NCBI RefSeq assembly: GCF_009914755.1
Contig: NC_060926.1
Length of the DNA stretch: 64,000 bases
Source: the human T2T-CHM13v2.0 reference genome, Homo sapiens
Direction: 5' to 3' (one strand)
This document shows positions 41,995-56,200 of the stretch, piece after piece; positions within the stretch are counted from its first letter, which is position 1; each line of letters starts with the position of its first letter. Under the pieces are notes generated by a model. That model saw only the letters and a program-made list of their open reading frames with translations. It was not told the DNA's origin and ran no database searches. The position numbers were made by a program, and so were the translations under genes.

Positions 41995-44900
41995 GGAAGG
42001 GGGTGTGGGTGAAGGGGGTGTGGGTGTGGGGGTGTGGGTGTTGGGGGTGTGTGTGTTGGGGTGTGGGTGTGGGGGTGTGGGTGAAGGGGGTGTGGGTGAA
42101 GGGGGTGTGGGTGTGGGGGTGTGGGTGTTGGGGGTGTGTGTGTTGGGGTGTGGGTGTGGGGGTGTGGGTGAAGGGGGTGTGGGTGAAGGGGGTGTGGGTG
42201 AAGGGGGTGTGGGTGTGGGGGTGTGGGTGTTGGGGGTGTGTGTGTTGGGGTGTGGGTGTGGGGGTGTGGGTGTTGGGGGTGTGTGTGTTGGGGTGTGGGT
42301 GTGGGGGTGTGGGTGTGGGGGTGTGGGTGTGGGGGTGTGGGTGTTGGGGTGTGGGTGTTGGGGTGTGTGTGTTGGGGTGTGGGTGTGGGGGTGTGGGTGT
42401 GGGGGTGTGGGTGTTGGGATGTGGGTGTGGGGGTGTGGGTGTTGGGGTGTGGGTGTTGGGGTGTGGGTGTGGGGGTGTGGGTGTGGGGGTGTGGGTGTTG
42501 GGGTGTGGGTGTGGGGGTGTGGGTGTGGGGGTGTGGGTGTGGGGGTGTGGGTGTGGGGGTGTGGGTGTGGGGGTGTGGGTGTTGGGGTGTGGTTGTTGGG
42601 GTGTGGTTGTTGGGGTGTGGGTGTGGGGGTGTGTGTGTTGGGGTGTGGGTGTTGGGGTGTGGGTGTTGGGGTGTGGGTGTGGGGGTGTGGGTGTTGGGGT
42701 GTGGGTGAGGGGATGTGGGTGTGGGGGTGTGGGTGTTGGGGTGTGTGTGTTGGGGTGTGGGTGTTGGGGTGTGGGTGTTGGGGTGTGGGTGTGGGGGTGT
42801 GTGTGTTGGGGTGTGGGTGTGGGGGTGTGGGTGTGGGGGTGTGGGTGTTGGGATGTGGGTGTGGGGGTGTGGGTGTTGGGGTGTGGGTGTTGGGGTGTGG
42901 GTGTTGGGGTGTGGGTGTGGGGGTGTGGGTGTTGGGGTGTGGGTGTGGGGGTGTGGGTGTGGGGGTGTGGGTGTCGGGGTGTGGGTGTTGGGGTTTGGGT
43001 GTTGGGGTGTGGGTGTTGGGGTGTGGGTGAGGGGGTGTGGGTGTTGGGGTGTGGGTGTGGGGGTGTGGGTGTCGGGGTGTGGGTGTGGGGGTGTGGGTGT
43101 GGGGGTGTGGGTGTCGGGGTGTGGGTGTCGGGGTGTGGGTGTCGGGGTGTGGGTGTGGGGGTGTGGGGGTGTGGGTGTGGGGGTGTGGGTGAGGGGGTGT
43201 GGGTGTTGGGGTGTGGGTGTGGGGGTGTGGGTGTTGGGGTGTGGGTGTGGGGGTGTGGGTGTTGGGGTGTGGGTGTTGGGGTGTGGGTGTGGGGGTGTGG
43301 GTGTTGGGGTGTGGGTGTTGGGGTGTGGGTGAGGGGGTGTGGGTGTTGGGGTGTGGGTGTGGGGGTGTGGGTGTCGGGGTGTGGGTGTGGGGGTGTGGGT
43401 GTGGGGGTGTGGGTGTCGGGGTGTGGGTGTTGGGGTTTGGGTGTTGGGGTGTGGGTGTTGGGGTGTGGGTGAGGGGGTGTGGGTGTTGGGGTGTGGGTGT
43501 GGGGGTGTGGGTGTCGGGGTGTGGGTGTGGGGGTGTGGGTGTGGGGGTGTGGGTGTCGGGGTGTGGGTGTCGGGGTGTGGGTGTCGGGGTGTGGGTGTGG
43601 GGGTGTGGGGGTGTGGGTGTGGGGGTGTGGGTGAGGGGGTGTGGGTGTTGGGGTGTGGGTGTGGGGGTGTGGGTGTTGGGGTGTGGGTGTGGGGGTGTGG
43701 GTGTTGGGGTGTGGGTGTTGGGGTGTGGGTGTGGGGGTGTGGGTGTTGGGGTGTGGGTGTTGGGGTGTGGGTGTGGGGGTGTGGGTGTTGGGGTGTGGGT
43801 GTGGGGGTGTGGGTGTGGGGGTGTGGGTGTTGGGGTGTGGGTGTTGGGGTGTGGGTGAAGGGGTGTGGGTGTTGGGGTGTGGGTGTGGGGATGTGGGTGT
43901 GGGGGTGTGGGTGTGGGGGTGTGGGTGTGGGGGTGTGGGTGTGGGGGTGTGGGTGTTGGGGTGTGGGTGTGGGGGTGTGGGTGTTGGGGTGTGGGTGTTG
44001 GGGTGTGGGTGTTGGGGTGTGGGTGTTGGGGTGTGGGTGTTGGGGGTGTGGGTGTGGGGGTGTGGGTGTTGGGGTGTGGGTGTTGGGGTGTGGGTGTTGG
44101 GGTGTGGGTGTGGGGGTGTGGGTGTGGGGGTGTGGGTGAGGGGGTGTGGGTGTGGGGGTGTGGGTGTTGGGGTGTGGGTGTTGGGGTGTGGGTGTGGGGG
44201 TGTGGGTGTGGGGGTGTGGGTGTGGGGGTGTGGGTGTTGGGGTGTGGTTGTTGGGGTGTGGGTGTGGGGGTGTGGGTGTTGGGGTGTGGGTGTTGGGGTG
44301 TGGGTGTGGGGGTGTGGGTGTGGGGGTGTGGGTGAAGGGGTGTGGGTGTGGGGGTGTGGGTGTGGGGGTGTGGGTGTTGGGGTGTGGGTGTTGGGGGTGT
44401 GGGTGTGGGGGTGTGGGTGTTGGGGTGTGGGTGTGGGGGTGTGGGTGTTGGGGTGTGGGTGTTGGGGTGTGGGTGAAGGGGTGTGGGTGTTGGGGTGTGG
44501 GTGTGGGGGTGTGGGTGTTGGGGTGTGGGTGTTGGGGTGTGGGTGTTGGGGTGTGGGTGTTGGGGGTGTGGGTGTGGGGGTGTGGGTGTTGGGGTGTGGG
44601 TGTTGGGGTGTGGGTGTTGGGGTGTGGGTGTGGGGGTGTGGGTGTGGGGGTGTGGGTGAGGGGGTGTGGGTGTGGGGGTGTGGGTGTTGGGGTGTGGGTG
44701 TTGGGGTGTGGGTGTGGGGGTGTGGGTGTGGGGGTGTGGGTGTGGGGGTGTGGGTGTTGGGGTGTGGTTGTTGGGGTGTGGGTGTGGGGGTGTGGGTGTT
44801 GGGGTGTGGGTGTTGGGGTGTGGGTGTGGGGGTGTGGGTGTGGGGGTGTGGGTGAGGGGGTGTGGGTGTGGGGGTGTGGGTGTTGGGGTGTGGGTGTGGG

Positions 44901-46718
44901 GGTGTGGGTGTTGGGGTGTGGGTGAGGGGGTGTGGGTGTTGGGGTGTGGGTGTGGGGGTGTGGGTGTTGGGGTGTGGGTGTGGGGGTGTGGGTGTTGGGG
45001 TGTGGGTGAGGGGGTGTGGGTGTTGGGGTGTGTGTGTTGGGGTGTGGGTGTGGGGTGTGGGTGTGGGGGTGTGGGTGAGGGGGTGTGGGTGTTGGGGTGT
45101 GGGTGAGGGGGTGTGTGTGTTGGGGTGTGGGTGTTGGGGTGTGGGTGAGGGGGTGTGTGTGTTGGGATGTGGGTGTGGGGGTGTGGGTGTGGGGGTGTGG
45201 GTGTGGGGGTGTGGGTGAGGGGGTGTGGGTGTTGGGGTGTGTGTGTTGGGGTGTGGGTGTGGGGGTGTGGGTGTGGGGGTGTGGGTGTGGGGGTGTGGGT
45301 GTTGGGGTGTGGGTGAAGGGGTGTGGGTGTTGGGGTGTGGGTGTGGGGGTGTGGGTGTGGGGGTGTGGGTGTGGGGGTGTGGGTGTTGGGGTGTGGGTGT
45401 TGGGGTGTGGGTGTGGGTGTGGGTGTGGGTGGGGGTGTGGGTGTTGGGGTGTGGGTGTTGGGGTGTGGGTGTGGGGGTGTGGGTGAGGGGGTGTGGGTGT
45501 TGGGGTGTGGGTGTTGGGGTGTGGGTGTGGGGGTGTGGGTGTTGGGGTGTGGGTGTTGGGGTGTGGGTGTGGGGGTGTGGGTGTGGGGGTGTGGGTGTGG
45601 GGGTGTGGGTGTTGGGGTGTGGGTGTGGGGGTGTGGGTGTGGGGGTTTGGGTGTTGGGGTGTGGGTGTGGGGGTGTGGGTGTTGGGGTGTGGGTGTGGGG
45701 GTGTGGGTGTGGGGGTGTGGGTGTGGGGGTGTGGGTGTGGGGGTGTGTGTGTTGGGGTGTGGGTGTGGGGGTGTGGGTGTGGGGGTGTGGGTGTGGGTGT
45801 GGGTGTTGGGGTGTGGTTGTTGGGGTGTGGGTGTGGGGGTGTGGGTGTGGGGGTGTGGGTGAGGGGGTGTGGGTGTTGGGGTGTGGGTGTGGGGGTGTGT
45901 GTGTTGGGGTGTGGGTGTGGGGGTGTGGGTGTGGGGGTGTGGGTGTGGGGGTGTGGGTGTTGGGGTGTGGGTGAGGGGGTGTGGGTGTTGGGGTGTGGGT
46001 GTAGGGGTGTGGGTGTGGGGGTGTGGGTGTTGGGGTGTGGGTGTTGGGGTGTGGGTGTGGGGGTGTGGGTGTTGGGGTGTGGGTGAAGGGGTGTGGGTGT
46101 GGGGGTGTGTGTGTTGGGGTGTGGGTGTTGGGGTGTGGGTGTTGGGGTGTGTGTGTTGGGGTGTGTGTGTTGGGGTGTGGGTGTTGGGGTGTGGGTGAGG
46201 GGGTGTGGGTGTTGGGGTGTGGGTGTTGGGGTGTGGGCGTGGGGTGTGGGTGTTGGGGTGTGGGTGAAGGGGTGTGGGGGTGTGGGGGTGTGGGTGTTGG
46301 GGTGTGGGTGTTGGGGTGTGGGTGTTGGGGTGTGGGTGAAGGGGTGTGGGTGTGGGGGTGTGGGTGTTGGGGTGTGGGTGTTGGGGTGTGTGTGTTGGGG
46401 TGTGTGTGTTGGGGTGTGGGTGTTGGGGTGTGGGTGTTGGGGTGTGGGTGTTGGGGTGTGGGTGTGGGGGTGTGGGTGTTGGGGTGTGGGTGTTGGGGTG
46501 TGGGTGTTGGGGTGTGGGTGTTGGGGTGTGGGTGAAGGGGTGTGTGTGTTGGGGTGTGGGTGTTGGGGTGTGGGTGTTGGGGGTGTGGGTGTTGGGGTGT
46601 GGGTGTTGGGGTGTGGGTGTTGGGGTGTGGGTGAAGGGGGTGTGGGTGTTGGGGTGTGGGTGTGGGGGTGTGGGTGAAGGGGTGTGGGTGAAGGGGTGTG
46701 GGTGTGGGGGTGGGGGTG
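41995..46718. repeat. 4.7-kb G/T-rich VNTR, 14-bp unit GGGGTGTGGGTG(TT/TG/AG/AA/TC)
   Basis: About 335 tandem units with variant-unit patterns; lies in the FAM240C intron 39851-47028. Confidence 0.97.
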
Positions 46719-47027
46719 AATTGTCCGTGGGCATTGGGGTGTGGTGTTGCCTGGATAGTGATGTTTGATCTGAGCTCCTGGTCTCACGGTTAGCAACGTG
46801 GTGTCTTGTCATTTCCCACCTACTGTTCCAAGCGTGATCACTAAGGTGAGTGAATGGCTGTCAGTTTCCTCCTGGGTTGACTCCTTTCACAGGCCTGGAG
46901 CTGAGGGGTTTCATGGTGGGCTGAGGGCCAGGGCTGTGTCAGGGCACACTGCTGGCGGGGCTGTGCCCCTGGGTGGCGAGCGTGGCTCAGGCATAGGGGT
47001 CCCCGATGCACTGCACACCCCGACTCA

Positions 47028-47207
<180 letters not shown>

Positions 47208-47588
47208 TCACCTTATGCCATTCCCATTGACGAGTTTGTGCTCCAGCACCCGGATGGCAGAGGAGCTGGCTCAGCCTGCAGCATCGTGGTCCCCGCCTTC
47301 CTGGTGCGTGGGGGATGGCGGAGGCTGCCCTCTGAGACTCAGGCCTCAGGTGGCTCCTGACCGGCTCCTAAACGCTCTACCGGCTCCACCTTCTGGAGCA
47401 GTCTCCTGGGTTGGCAGAAGTAGAAATGGAGGGCAAATTCCATTTTGGGCTTTTAGTCATTTTAAAATCTAAGCAATGATGCACTTCTAACTCTCTGTGT
47501 GTTAGTGTGGGTGATCTGCAGTCCCACCAGCGAGGTGAGCGTTTCTTGGATGGGGCTGTGGCTTCTGTGCCAGGTGAGTCCATCCCTT

Positions 47589-47876
47589 GTTTTTGAGACA
47601 GGGTCTCATTCCCATCACCCAGGCTGCAATGCAGTGGTGCGATCTCCCCTCACTGCAGCCTTGACTGCCTGAACTCAAGTGATTGTCCCACCTCAGCTTC
47701 CTGAGTAGCTGGGACTATAGGTGTGCACCACCATGCCCAGCTAATTTTTGTATATCTTGTAGAGATTGGGTCTCACTATGTTGCCCAGGCCGGTCTTGAG
47801 CTCCTGGGCTCAAGCAGTCTTCCTGGCTCAGCCTCCCAAAGTGCTGGGACTACAGGTGTGAGCCAGCGTGCCCAGC
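47589..47876 (-). mobile_element. Alu (AluJ-like)
   Basis: GAGACAGGGTCTCA...CTCAAGTGATTGTCCCACCTCAGC...GGGACTACAGGTGTGAGCCA. Confidence 0.92.
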
Positions 47877-48111
47877 TCAGTTGGCCTCTCTCGACACCTG
47901 GTTATTGGGTACCTTTTGGTTTGAAATATGTAAACCCAGCAGTGGGGTTAAATGTGGCAGGTTACACTGAAAAACTTCAGCTCTGCTCTTTGATGTAATA
48001 TGCTAAAGTGAGGCTGACTGAAATGTTTACTTTCCAATTATTTTGGACTCGTGCATCTACGGGACACCAGCAATCTTAGAATATCAATCTACAGCCATCA
48101 AGAATGTCCAA

Positions 48112-48483
<372 letters not shown>

Positions 48484-49626
48484 TCACCCAGCAGTGGGAG
48501 CCCGGCTCTGGGTCAGCTCTCCCTGGGACGCGTGGAGCCTGGGTCCCTGGGCTGTGCCTGCCCTGGCCTGGCTCCAGGTCTCCGTAGATGGCCCTGCTCT
48601 GTGCTTGAGGATGGGGTTTACACAAGGGAGCCAGGGCCACGTTTCGGGGTGCAAGGCGGTGGGTCTCGGAATGAATGAGGCATCCACTGTTCTGGGGCTG
48701 CCTGAGCCCCTAAGCCGCTGTCCGGCCAGCTCCTCGGGGCCTATGGGGTGGGCAGAGCCATTTCTGCAGCCCTGGCTGGCTCCCTTGGGGCACTTTGTTC
48801 TTCAGCTTGGCCTTGCTTGGCCTTGGAGGCATTTCTCTTTCCCCGCCCCCCACTCTTCTCTCTTGCTGGGGAAGAACACAGGGTGGCAGGAGCGCGGCCC
48901 GAGAGGAAAACCAGGCAGCTGAGACCCGCGGGCTCGTTTCCTGCAAACACATCACCTGCTTCAGGTGGAGAGGGTAAGGGTGCCTTCTGGAGCTCGGCTC
49001 AGGTTGCAATGAACAGGTGCTGGGGACTCCTTCGAGGAGCTTGATGTGACCCCTGGCTGGGGGCTTCCAGCTGCAGAGGCGCGGGCGCTGTGGCCTGCGC
49101 AGCCTGTTGTGATGTGGGTGCTGGGCGCTTTGCTGGGGAGCTGCCCCTGGAGGGCCACAGAAATCGCCCATCGATGCCACGCCCTTTGTTCCAGAAACTT
49201 AGACATGCAAAGTTGATCATGAAGGGACTGAACTCAGCCACGCCTGCCTGTGCTGAGGACGCTGGCGCGAATTCAGTGAGTGAAAACTCATCCAATGAGG
49301 AGGGTGGGATGCACGGAACCCACCAGTCAGGGCCGGGCCCAGCTGCTTCCCCGGAACTTCGCACCTCCTCTGGTGTCTGGGCAGACGCCTCCCGGAGTGA
49401 AGCTGGGGCTGGTGTCAGATTCAAACCGAGTAACAGCTGGAAAACATCTGACAGCTGAGACCTGGCTGTTCTTGGCAGGGGCTTCAGAGAGCAGCGTGGG
49501 CGTTAGAGCTTCTGCTCTTAGGACACTTAGCCCCCAAAGGCAGCCCTTTAAACCCTCATGGGACAAAAACAAACCAGCAGCAAAAGGGAGAACCAGCAAA
49601 CCAGCAGACAGAAGAAACAGACATGC

Positions 49627-50158
<532 letters not shown>

Positions 50159-50198
50159 TCAAGCAAGGACAGCGCCTGTCACATCACAGAGAGCTTAC

Positions 50199-50210
50199 TT
50201 TTCCAACCAT
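50199..50210 (-). CDS. FAM240C: FAM240C first coding segment (MVGK)
   Basis: GAAATGGTTGGAAAA|GTAAGC: good Kozak context and a phase-0 donor that joins the 47177 acceptor in frame; 12+149+127=288 nt, 95 aa. Confidence 0.72.
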
Positions 50211-50684
50211 TTCTCAGTGACGGGCAGGTTTTCCTGTCTCTGTTGAGGGTCCTCAGCCTGTCCTCTCCGGGGTGCACGCCTGTATCTCGCCTGCCGCTCT
50301 CTGTTACATGGGCTCAGTGACACGCATGCTTGGCGTCGGTTCAGTCCCAGAAAGACGCGCTGCCCTCTGTCTGGGCACCGTCCCTGGCAGAGCTGTCCGT
50401 CCGGAGGGCAGCTGTTGGCAGCATGGGAATCTGGAGGACGGCCAGCTGGGCCTCCTCTGCCCTCAGCCCCCATCGGGACTGTTTTTTTCTTCTTTCGACG
50501 GCTGCTCCCAGGAAACCTTGTGGGTGGGAGGGAGCATTGTCTGGGGAGGGGCGTCGGGGCACCTAGGAGTCCTGGGTTTTGCCCAGGCCTGCGTCTCAGG
50601 AATGGTGGCCTTTGCACTTACTGCAGGCGAAATGTATATCACAAAACGACGATGCAGACACACTCAAGGCAGGTGTGGAAATGC

Positions 50685-51080
50685 TTAGGGTCTCTCTGCC
50701 CCACCCATACATGGGTTTACGTATTTATTGTGAGGAGCTGGCTCTCGCGGTGACAGGCGCTGAGAGGTCTCGGGATCTGCCATCTGGGACCCAGGAAAGC
50801 CTGCGGTGTCAGTCAACCCGACTCTGAGGGAGGTTGGTGTAAATTCCAGACCTTGGTCCAGAGACGGTGAGATGAGGCGTCCTGGAGCAAGCAGGAAGGA
50901 AGGCAGGCGAGCAGGAGCGATTCCTCCTTCCTCCACCGCGGCACCTTCAGGCCGTCAGAGGATTGGATGACGCCCAGCACACGGGGGTCACCGCGTCCGG
51001 AAACACCCTCCCAGCCGCACCCAGAAACACTGTCCCAGCCGCCGCCCTGGTGCCATCAGGTAGATGCACAAAGTGAAGCC
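50685..51080 (-). mobile_element. MLT2 (ERVL) LTR fragment
   Basis: ATTTATTGTGAGGAGCTGGCTCTCGCGG...GATCTGCCATCTG..GACCCAGGAAAGC and GAAACACCCTCCCAGCCGCACCCAGAAA resemble reverse MLT2. Confidence 0.6.
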
Positions 51081-52159
51081 CCCAGGCTTTGTCCTGGACG
51101 GGGTTCCTCTCCCAGGATCCATCCCTCCAGGCCTCAGGGAGCCGGCAGCAGGGCCGGCCCAGGGCCAGCCTCCGTGATCTCGTTTCAGTCTCCCGGGTCA
51201 CTTGCTTCTTTATGAGGTTTCCAAGTCATTGATAGTTTCAGGTGAAAGCTTTTGGGAAATTTTCGTTTACTATCATAAAGCAGACGGTACACTTATTTTT
51301 TATATTATCCTTCACAGTTGTTTTTTTTTAAACTGGAGTTCTGTGGGTGTCATCAGTGGATTGGGAGCTGTTCGTGATTTCCCGAGTCCTGGCGTGTGCT
51401 CAGGACACCTTGATCTGTGGCTCCCTGCGAACTGGGGTTAGGCCTCAGGACGCGCCGGGACATGCCGCAGCGCACAGAATGCACAAGGTGGAAAGACGGT
51501 GCTCAGGCAGCGCGGGTGGAAGACGCCGGTGAGAACCAGCAGCTGCTTCAGAAAAACCGCTGCGTGCAGCACCGATGGGAGGAAGCCACCTAAAAACGGA
51601 AAGGAATAGCCCCAGGAGAGGCGTCTCCAGCAGGACTGCGTTTTTGTAAAGCCCGTGGTGGTCTCCCCAGGTCCTATGCGCGAGCGCCCCGGGGATTCCC
51701 CACCTGCCCTGGAGCCGAGAGGCCAAACCAACCAGCAATCACAACACCGGCCTACACTTCAAAACTTGTCCTTCCAGGCCCCTTCCTTCTGACGTGTGTG
51801 CGGAGGGACGGCAGGGCGCCACCGTGCTGGCCGTGCCTGATGGAGCAGCAAGGCGGCAGGGAGCGCATTCTGATCTCCCCGTGTTTCGGAGTTTGTAGGT
51901 CAAGTGTGCACTATCTGCAGTCAGCCAGAGCGGAGGAGGAATTTGGGAGAATGCATTTGCCGCAGGCTGAGGCGTTTGCGTTTCTTCCTCTTTCCTGAGC
52001 TATCCCAGTGCAGTGGGCTCCAGACAACCCTGTAGCACCACGGAGGTTCTGAGTGGACTTTCCTGCACCCGCCACCCCCACCCCATCAGAGGCGGTCGTC
52101 CAGGCTGCCGGGCTCCAGCTACCGGGCTCAGCCGCCTTCCAGCCCAGGAGTCCCACCTG

Positions 52160-52380
52160 CCGCCTCCCCTCCGCCGCCGCCTCCCCTCCGCCGCCGCCTC
52201 CCCTCCGCCGCCGCCTCCCCTCCGCCGCCGCCTCCCCTCCGCCGCCGCCTCCCCTCCGCCGCCGCCTCCCCTCCGCCGCCGCCTCCCCTCCGCCGCCGCC
52301 TCCCCTCCGCCGCCGCCTCCCCTCCGCCGCCGCCTCCCCTCCGCCGCCGCCTCCCCTCCGCCGCCGCCTCCCCTCCGCCT
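52160..52380. repeat. Perfect 17-bp CpG minisatellite (CCGCCGCCGCCTCCCCT), about 13 copies, in a CpG island
   Basis: Identical tandem copies; flanks at about 51.4-53.5 kb are CpG-rich. Confidence 0.96.
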
Positions 52381-55300
52381 GCCAGCCCGGAACGCCGCCT
52401 CCAAGCCTCCTGTGCCAGCCCCGTCCTGCGCCCCTGTACCTGGGCTCTGTGACGGTGAAGCCGGCGTCCTCACAGTCGCAGCAGCAGCACAGGCTGAGCC
52501 TTCCCCGTGTGCGGCATCACCCAGCTCTGTCCTTCGTGCCTCCCGGGAGCCCAGGGAGTCGGGGCCACCGGACGCTGGACCTGAGAACCTGGACCCAGGC
52601 CCGGTCTGCCCGGGAGTTGGCAAGTGCTGAGCACTGTGTCCCCTTGCACGGCCACTCGGGGCCTCCACGCACCTAAAGGACAGCTCCTGAAGCATCCTGG
52701 CCCTGCACTCACGGTGGCACGCGGGCGCCGTCCCCGAGCCCAGGGGCCAGGCCCAGGGCCCTTCCCCGAAATCTGCCATGAAGGTGAACTCGGTTACACT
52801 CAGGCCCAGGGCTCCCGAGGCTGGTGGCGGCTGCTCCGCATGAGGCCTGCTGGCTCCCAGGGGCCGCCCTCCCTTGAGAAGGGGGTGCCCACTACGGCTG
52901 GGCCATCTGCAAGGGGCCCGGTGATCACATTATGGAGTCATTTTTGAACTGGGTTCTATTAACTACTAATTAGTGAGCCACAGTCATGACATCCTTTGTA
53001 AGGAAAAATGTTCCTAACTGAAGCGCTCGCCCATGTCCGCGGTGAGACGCCTGCATGGGGCGGTCTCTGCTTCTCCCCAAGGACCCTCCTCGCCGCCCGC
53101 TCGGCTGCACCGGCAGATGGTGGCAGGGGACAAGGACGGCGCGGTGGGCCCCGCGCCCAGCTCACCGCGAGTGCTGCTCCCTTCACAAAACGCTAGAGAG
53201 ACCAGCACCCTCCTTGCCCCGCCCCTGCTTGGGGCCTCTCTGTGCTTGGAGAGGAGGCCCAGGCTTCCTCCTCTTCCTGGAGCGGGCGTGAGGAGGGGTC
53301 TGCAGGCTCTGTCTCCCGGACAGAGCAGCCTGGAAAGTCCCGTGCTCCGGGGACGCCTGTCTTTGACTCTGTTCTCCTGGGCCGCAAGGCTGAGGCCCGA
53401 GTGCGGAGGCTGCACCTGCTCAGCTCCACTGTGACCTCTTGGTGCCGGGGACACGCCTGCCCCCGCGCACATTGCCGCCCGGCCCACCTCCTGTCTGAGC
53501 CCTCTCAGCAGACAAGGTCCTTGGTGCCTGGAGTCATCAGGACAGATGGTGGAGCCCAAGTCCCTGTGTGGGGAGGGGAGGAGCAAGTCCTAGTGTAGGG
53601 AAGGGGTGAGTCCCAGCGTGGTGAGGGGGTGTCTTTCCCGTCCATGGTGCCCCGTCGAAGCTCCACACACTGGACAGGCCACAAGTTCTCATGGGACTCG
53701 GGCCCATGCCTGGCCCAGTGTGGACGCCCTACTGAAGCGGCATCCCAGGCCCCAGCAGCTCAGACTCCCCCCAGCTGCCCTCCCCATGCCCAGCTTGATG
53801 GGTACACAGTGTTGCCCGCTAGTGTCCACGCCCTCCCGAGGGGTCCCTGGGCTACAGCAATGTTTGGTCTGAGTGAATGAGCCATGGGGGAACAGACGCC
53901 CCTGTAGCTGCAGACCCCCTGCCACAAAGCACAAGGTGGCAGGGGGTGTCCCAGAAGGCCCCGCAGAGAAGGCAGCTTCGCACCAACCTCGTGAGGCCTT
54001 GGGGGTCAGCAGCTGGGCCAGGAGCTGACCTGGGAGGCAGGGAGGCAGGGATTACCTCTGGAGCCATATCTGGGGCTGGGACTTTGCCTGAGCCAGGCGT
54101 TCTAGGAATGCACTTTAGCTGCAGAGTCCTTATCCATCTGGCTCAGCGCTGGGGAGGGCAACAGGGAGTGGTGGGGTCTGTGGCAAAGTGAGGTGCCGCC
54201 ATGTCCACGGGCGGCTGGTGCTGAGCTCACAGCTGCTCTGGGCAAACTTTTTCCATAGATGCCTCAAATCTGAATTTTTAGGAAGCATATCCAGATTTTA
54301 AGGTGTTGACTAACTACTATTTCACCTAAAAAAAAGCCACTGAGCCGGCTCCCCCATGTGGGCCGGACACAGCATTGTACTAGAATCCCAGCAGCGAGGG
54401 GGATCCCGCACTTCCTGGGGGCCTGCGGGGGCTGCAGTGGGTGTCTGGGATTCCAGGGTGGGGGCGAAACCCTGCTTTTGAGGAGCCCTCAGATGGGGGC
54501 GGGGAGGGAGCCATTCAGGGACGTCCTCCATCGCAGCAGGCAGGAGCTGAGTGGCTGCTGGGAAGGGTGAAGACATTCTCCTCTACACTCAGGAGGCACA
54601 CGGGGCTCTCAGATTAGACGGCACCGAGTGGGAAGGTGGTGGTTTCATGATCAATTTCCTGACCAGAGCCACCTGCAGAGGAATCTTTTTCCTGAATACC
54701 ATATTTTCTAAGCTATTAGGAGCACAGCTTGGCAATGACTGAGGGTGTCTGGACGGTGAGGTGTGCGCTGGGAAGCCTTGAGGTGCCGTCTGGTCTGGCG
54801 TGCCCCAAGGACACATGTGGGGAGGGTGCCAGGCCCTGAGTCTGTGGGTGTTGTCAGGAGGTGGCCCCTCTTTTCCTGGTTCTTTGCCTGCTGGTGCTGG
54901 TCTGTGAATGCCCTCGGGGCCTCCTCCTGGAAGAGCCTCTTCCCTGGGCCCGCTGAGCTGCAGAGGCTGCAGGTGCGTCTCTGCATGTGGCTGCGCTTTG
55001 TGGGCTGTGTCCTTTCTCCTGCTGGCTGGGATTGGCTGCTGAGGCGCCAATCCTTCCTCTGCCCAGATGTGGCTTGGTTCCGTTGGAGTCCAGTGTCAGA
55101 GGGCTGAGTTGGATGTTTCTAGATCAGCTGTGTCCACAGGGGCACTGGCCTCCTCCTCACAGTCCCTTCCCCGGGCCCGTCACTGGTGCTGGGCACCACA
55201 CTTAGGCCTGGCCGTCCTCTGCCCAGGAGAAAAGGGGGAGTGGGTGCTGGGAGTGTGCACAGGTGTGTGTGCAGGGCTGTGGGTGTGCGCACACCTGCGT

Positions 55301-56200
55301 GTTTAATCATAATACAAAGTGGGCCGGGAACCTCACCCTGAAGTGTGAAGGGCAGTGCGTCATTTAGAATCCTTCTCTTTTTCTCCTTCTTGAGCAGCTG
55401 AACGTCGAGAGGGGCCCCGTCTGGTGTGGCCGTGTCTGGTCCCCCATGCAGGCCCTGCACCGTGGACTCCCAACCTGCGGGGATCCGTCCCCAAAGACGC
55501 CACTAGTTCTGCCAGCCCAGGGTTTCCTGAGTGTTTCCCGAGAGGCCCTGGTTGCACGGAGTAAGTTCTAGTTTAGGCCTGGTTCGTTCTCCCCAAACGT
55601 CTCTCAGGAGCTGTGTTTCTTCTTCATGACCTTCCCCTTAGACCTGTGTCAGATCAGGGTTAGAGGTTGGTCTCCTGGCCTGTGTGGCCACCCTGGCGCC
55701 CTCGACGCTCTGCCATGGGCTCCCTTTCTTTCATCGGAGGCAGCATCTGGCCATAGTGAAACTGAGTGTGGGGAGGGGGACGCAGAGCTCCCAGGTCCCA
55801 GCCCACAGGTGCCTCGGTGGTGAAATCCCCTGACACACTGAGTGGGGCTTCCAGGACGGGGGACGGAAGGAAAAGGATTAAGGGGTTAGGTAAGTGCAAA
55901 TATGGCTTTGAAGGTTTAAAATCCTTCACTCATGTTGTGAGGGAAGAACAGGTACTAGACTAGAAGCCATGTCTGGTTGCCCTTGAGGGACCCCTCAGCC
56001 AATGTGAAGACGTGTCCAGGCAGCCCTGGGGGACATCCCTGTGGGGGGGCCAGTGCAGGAAACGGACCGCCGGGGGAAGCTCCTGTCATCCCAGGGTGGG
56101 CCAGGCTGGGACTACAGTCATGTGCACAGCATGGCTGAGATAATGAGCAAGACTCCAAGGTCCACCCAGGGGCCCGATGGCCTTTAGGGAGACCTAGCAC

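Noticed and set aside
41995-46718. Resemblance to yeast TG1-3 telomeric DNA or an interstitial telomere
   Set aside because: No TTAGGG array; fixed 14-bp unit with human unique flanks. The similarity is compositional.
41835-46812. Very long ORFs (1632, 1605, 545 aa) of HPHT/GVGVW repeats
   Set aside because: Translations of a stop-poor 14-bp repeat, open in many frames, with no exon evidence.
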